Source: a bacterium
Lineage (GTDB): Bacteria > SAR324 > NAC60-12
Assembly: GCA_965209155.1 (NCBI GenBank)
Contig: OZ242383.1
Span: 928,001-992,000, forward strand
DNA length: 64,000 nt
Reading direction: 5' to 3'
Shown here: positions 61,488 to 64,000 of the stretch, piece by piece
Layout of the letters: every line of letters begins with the position of its first letter
Numbering within the stretch: the stretch's first letter is position 1
The notes under the pieces: model-generated
The model's database searches: none
What the model was told of the DNA's origin: nothing
The model's input: the letters and a program-made list of their open reading frames with translations, nothing else
Made by a program: the position numbers and the translations under genes

Positions 61488-63361
61488 GCTTTTTATACCA
61501 ACTGACCAAATTCAACTTCGAAATGCCTTTTGCCATCATCAAAAAGCAGGTCGAAGAGGATGCCCTGATCCTGGAAGGAGACGCATTATCTCTGCAGCGG
61601 CTTTGCGAAATCCCCAGAAAAACCGGAAAAATTCCTCAAGGGGAGATTTTCGATACCATTAGTTTGATCCCGTTTTGTCAATTGAAAGAACGAGCATTTC
61701 AGGTCCATGATGCAGGAGAGAAGATATTATGTATCCAGATTCATACACAAACCCGAATTGCGCTGGAAGATCTGATCAACATCCTTCCCAGTGAAGAGGT
61801 CTCCTTGAAAAAAGGGCTTCGGTACAATTATTCATACGAAGCGTATGAACAAATCATCCGAGCTGTGGTAGAAGACGAGATTGGCAATGGGGAAGGAGCA
61901 AACTTCGTCATTCCACGAAGAGGAGAAGCCCAGATCATCGATATGCACCTGACGAAGGCGTTGAGTCTTTATAAGAATTTGCTTCAGAACGAGATGGGGA
62001 GTTATTGGAAGTTCATTTTTTTTAACGGAGAACGATATTTCATAGGCGCCACGCCGGAACGTCATATTTCCGTTTATAAAAAACAGGTTAAAATGAACCC
62101 CATCAGTGGAACTTTTCGAAAAAAGAAAGATAAAATCAGCCGTACCGAATTCAAAGCGGATCTTCTCCAATTTTTAACGGACCAGAAAGAAATCAATGAA
62201 TTGTTTATGGTGGTTGATGAAGAGCTGAAAATGATGGCGCGTTTTTGCGAAGAAGGAGGCATGGTTGTCGGCCCTCTCTTGAAAGAAATGTCCAAGCTCA
62301 TTCATACGGAATATCTTTTGGCCGGGAAAAGCAATCATGACATAATCGAATTGCTGCGAAACTCCATGTATGCGGCTACCGTCACGGGCAGTCCCTTGGA
62401 AAATGCCTGTAAGATCATTCATAAATATGAAAATGAATCACGCAGCTATTACGCAAGCGCCCTGGCTTTGATTGGCCGTGATGAGGATGGCGAGGACACT
62501 CTGGATAGTCCCATCACCATCAGGACGGTGGAAATCGATAAAGACGGGGCGATGGTGCTGCAAGTGGGCGCAACTCTGGTAAGGGACTCGGTTCCATCAG
62601 AGGAGGTGAAAGAAACGGTAGCTAAAATCGGGGCAATGCTTGAAAATATTGAAAATCCCCCTTCCAGAGCTCCGGAAGCGATTTTACCTGACTTTGCAGG
62701 AGACGATGAGATCCAGATCGTCATGCAGCGGCGTAATCAATTTCTTTCCAAATTTTGGTTTTTTGACCAAGCTGAAGCTTCTGAATTGAAAATATTTTCC
62801 AACTATAAAATCACCATCACTGACAATGAGGATGATTTTTGTCTGATGATGCGGCACATGATCAATCGTATGGGAGCCACGGCACGAGTGGTTCGGTTTT
62901 CGGAATACGAGCTGGAGGCCGATGATGCGGACCTCGTCATCGTGGGACCGGGCCCCGGTAATCCAAACGAATTGGATCATCCGAAAATGAAAACCGTCTT
63001 TGAACTGACGCAACAGCTTCTTGCTTCTAAAAGAAAATTCATGTCCGCTTGTTTGGGACACCAGATCCTCTGCAAAGTTTTAGGTTTTGAAGTTCTAAAA
63101 AAACACACTCCCTTTCAGGGAACTCAGGAAAGAATCGATTTCTTCGGTCAACTGCAGCGCGTCGGATTCTATAATACTTTTACCGGCAAATATGAGAGAG
63201 CAATTCCTGGATTGGAGGTCTCATACGATACCGAAAATAAAGAAATCCATGCGTTGAAGTGCGAACAGTTCATCAGTTTTCAATTCCATGTGGAATCAAT
63301 CCTGACGCAAAATGGTTATGAGATCCTCAAAGAGGCTTTACAGTCTCTGCATTGCGCATGA
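61484..63361 (+). CDS. PhzE-like fused chorismate-aminating synthase (ADIC/anthranilate synthase plus GATase)
   Basis: GEGANFV, GATPERH, MNPISGT, ELFMVVDEELKMM, HTEY, VTGSPLE; GPGPG, CLGHQ, FYNTF, QFHVES. Confidence 0.85.
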   Translation: MSFLYQLTKFNFEMPFAIIKKQVEEDALILEGDALSLQRLCEIPRKTGKIPQGEIFDTISLIPFCQLKERAFQVHDAGEKILCIQIHTQTRIALEDLINILPSEEVSLKKGLRYNYSYEAYEQIIRAVVEDEIGNGEGANFVIPRRGEAQIIDMHLTKALSLYKNLLQNEMGSYWKFIFFNGERYFIGATPERHISVYKKQVKMNPISGTFRKKKDKISRTEFKADLLQFLTDQKEINELFMVVDEELKMMARFCEEGGMVVGPLLKEMSKLIHTEYLLAGKSNHDIIELLRNSMYAATVTGSPLENACKIIHKYENESRSYYASALALIGRDEDGEDTLDSPITIRTVEIDKDGAMVLQVGATLVRDSVPSEEVKETVAKIGAMLENIENPPSRAPEAILPDFAGDDEIQIVMQRRNQFLSKFWFFDQAEASELKIFSNYKITITDNEDDFCLMMRHMINRMGATARVVRFSEYELEADDADLVIVGPGPGNPNELDHPKMKTVFELTQQLLASKRKFMSACLGHQILCKVLGFEVLKKHTPFQGTQERIDFFGQLQRVGFYNTFTGKYERAIPGLEVSYDTENKEIHALKCEQFISFQFHVESILTQNGYEILKEALQSLHCA

Positions 63362-63479
63362 ACAAGCTGCCCTGGCCACATTTGTCTTCTCTCTTGCTTC
63401 CTCGGAAAGAACAAAGGCGTAGAGTTCACAATCCCTTTTGACGCACGAGCGTAAAATTACAAAATCTGCGGATTATTCA

Positions 63480-63971
63480 TCAAAACAGGTATTGGAGCTT
63501 TTGACCCACTTCGAGATTCAATATCTTCGCTTGTCCTGCAGCCAATTCCAGGACAAAATTGGCTTTTTTATCGGGAACGAGGGTACGGGGTTCCTGGTTT
63601 TGCAGAGGAGGGGTGGCATGTTCGATGTGCACGATGCGATGATTGTCCATCCATAGAATATCAAGAGGAATGAGCATATTTTTCATCCAGAAGGAATGCT
63701 TTTTTTTTTCATCGAAAATAAAGAGCATTCCTTTCCCGGGTAGCAATTGTTTACGAAAACTCAATCCGATCCTGCGTTTTTCCTCAGTGTCCGCAATTTC
63801 GACATCAATGGTATTACCTCGGGGGGTAATGACTTTGGCATGGGTATATTGAAGTGATCCGGCTCCTTCCCGGGCACTGGCAATGAAAGCAGGATCAAAT
63901 AGAAGAACGACCGTACAAAGAAGCAGTAGAAATCCAGAATTTTGCAACGGAATCGACCTGGTGGAATTCAT
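63480..63971 (-). CDS. DUF192 family protein
   Basis: VEIADT, GMLFIF, FWMKNMLIPLD, VLELAAG. Confidence 0.9.
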   Translation of the reverse strand: MNSTRSIPLQNSGFLLLLCTVVLLFDPAFIASAREGAGSLQYTHAKVITPRGNTIDVEIADTEEKRRIGLSFRKQLLPGKGMLFIFDEKKKHSFWMKNMLIPLDILWMDNHRIVHIEHATPPLQNQEPRTLVPDKKANFVLELAAGQAKILNLEVGQKLQYLF

Positions 63972-64000
63972 GCGGATTTACGAGATTGCTTGATCAACCT

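Noticed and set aside
61484..63361. Phenazine biosynthetic cluster
   Set aside because: No phzA/B, C, D, F or G neighbours
19..63852. Many short or antisense ORFs in the track (e.g. 803-1267, 30402-31322, 33034-33735, 57217-57939)
   Set aside because: They overlap well-supported genes on the opposite strand or frame and have no recognisable motifs

Overview
Accessory region of a Gram-negative bacterium (mltA lipoprotein, outer-membrane beta-barrel and sigma54 machinery; a deltaproteobacterial affinity is only an inference). It is dominated by catabolic and transport genes, mostly on the minus strand. These are four Opp/Dpp-type ABC clusters (only one keeps its ATPases), a sugar ABC remnant (aglFGK-like), and four variably deleted copies of a cassette BNR beta-propeller / ThuA-like / SDR / Ldh_2 dehydrogenase. 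Interspersed are toxin-antitoxin islets, IS200, IS110 and RAYT relics, and many REP/MITE-like repeats. The most striking system is a pair of paralogous ~2000-aa signalling proteins (pseudokinase - STAND-type AAA - helical region - GAF - sigma54 activator - Fis HTH). Each starts with a different transposase-derived DNA-binding module fused in frame: a catalytically dead IS607 TnpA that still has IS607-like end repeats upstream, versus an IS1595 zinc ribbon/HTH. Each gene is followed by a colinear ~205-bp sigma54 promoter/IHF/enhancer module whose palindromes co-vary (TGTC-N10-GACA vs TGTT-N10-AACA) with the HTH recognition helix, and each module lies upstream of a different oppA operon. The right end carries mltA coupled to an orphan PhzE-like synthase and a DUF192 gene. 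No rRNA, tRNA or CRISPR array was seen. Several frameshifts sit in homopolymers and could be sequencing errors.
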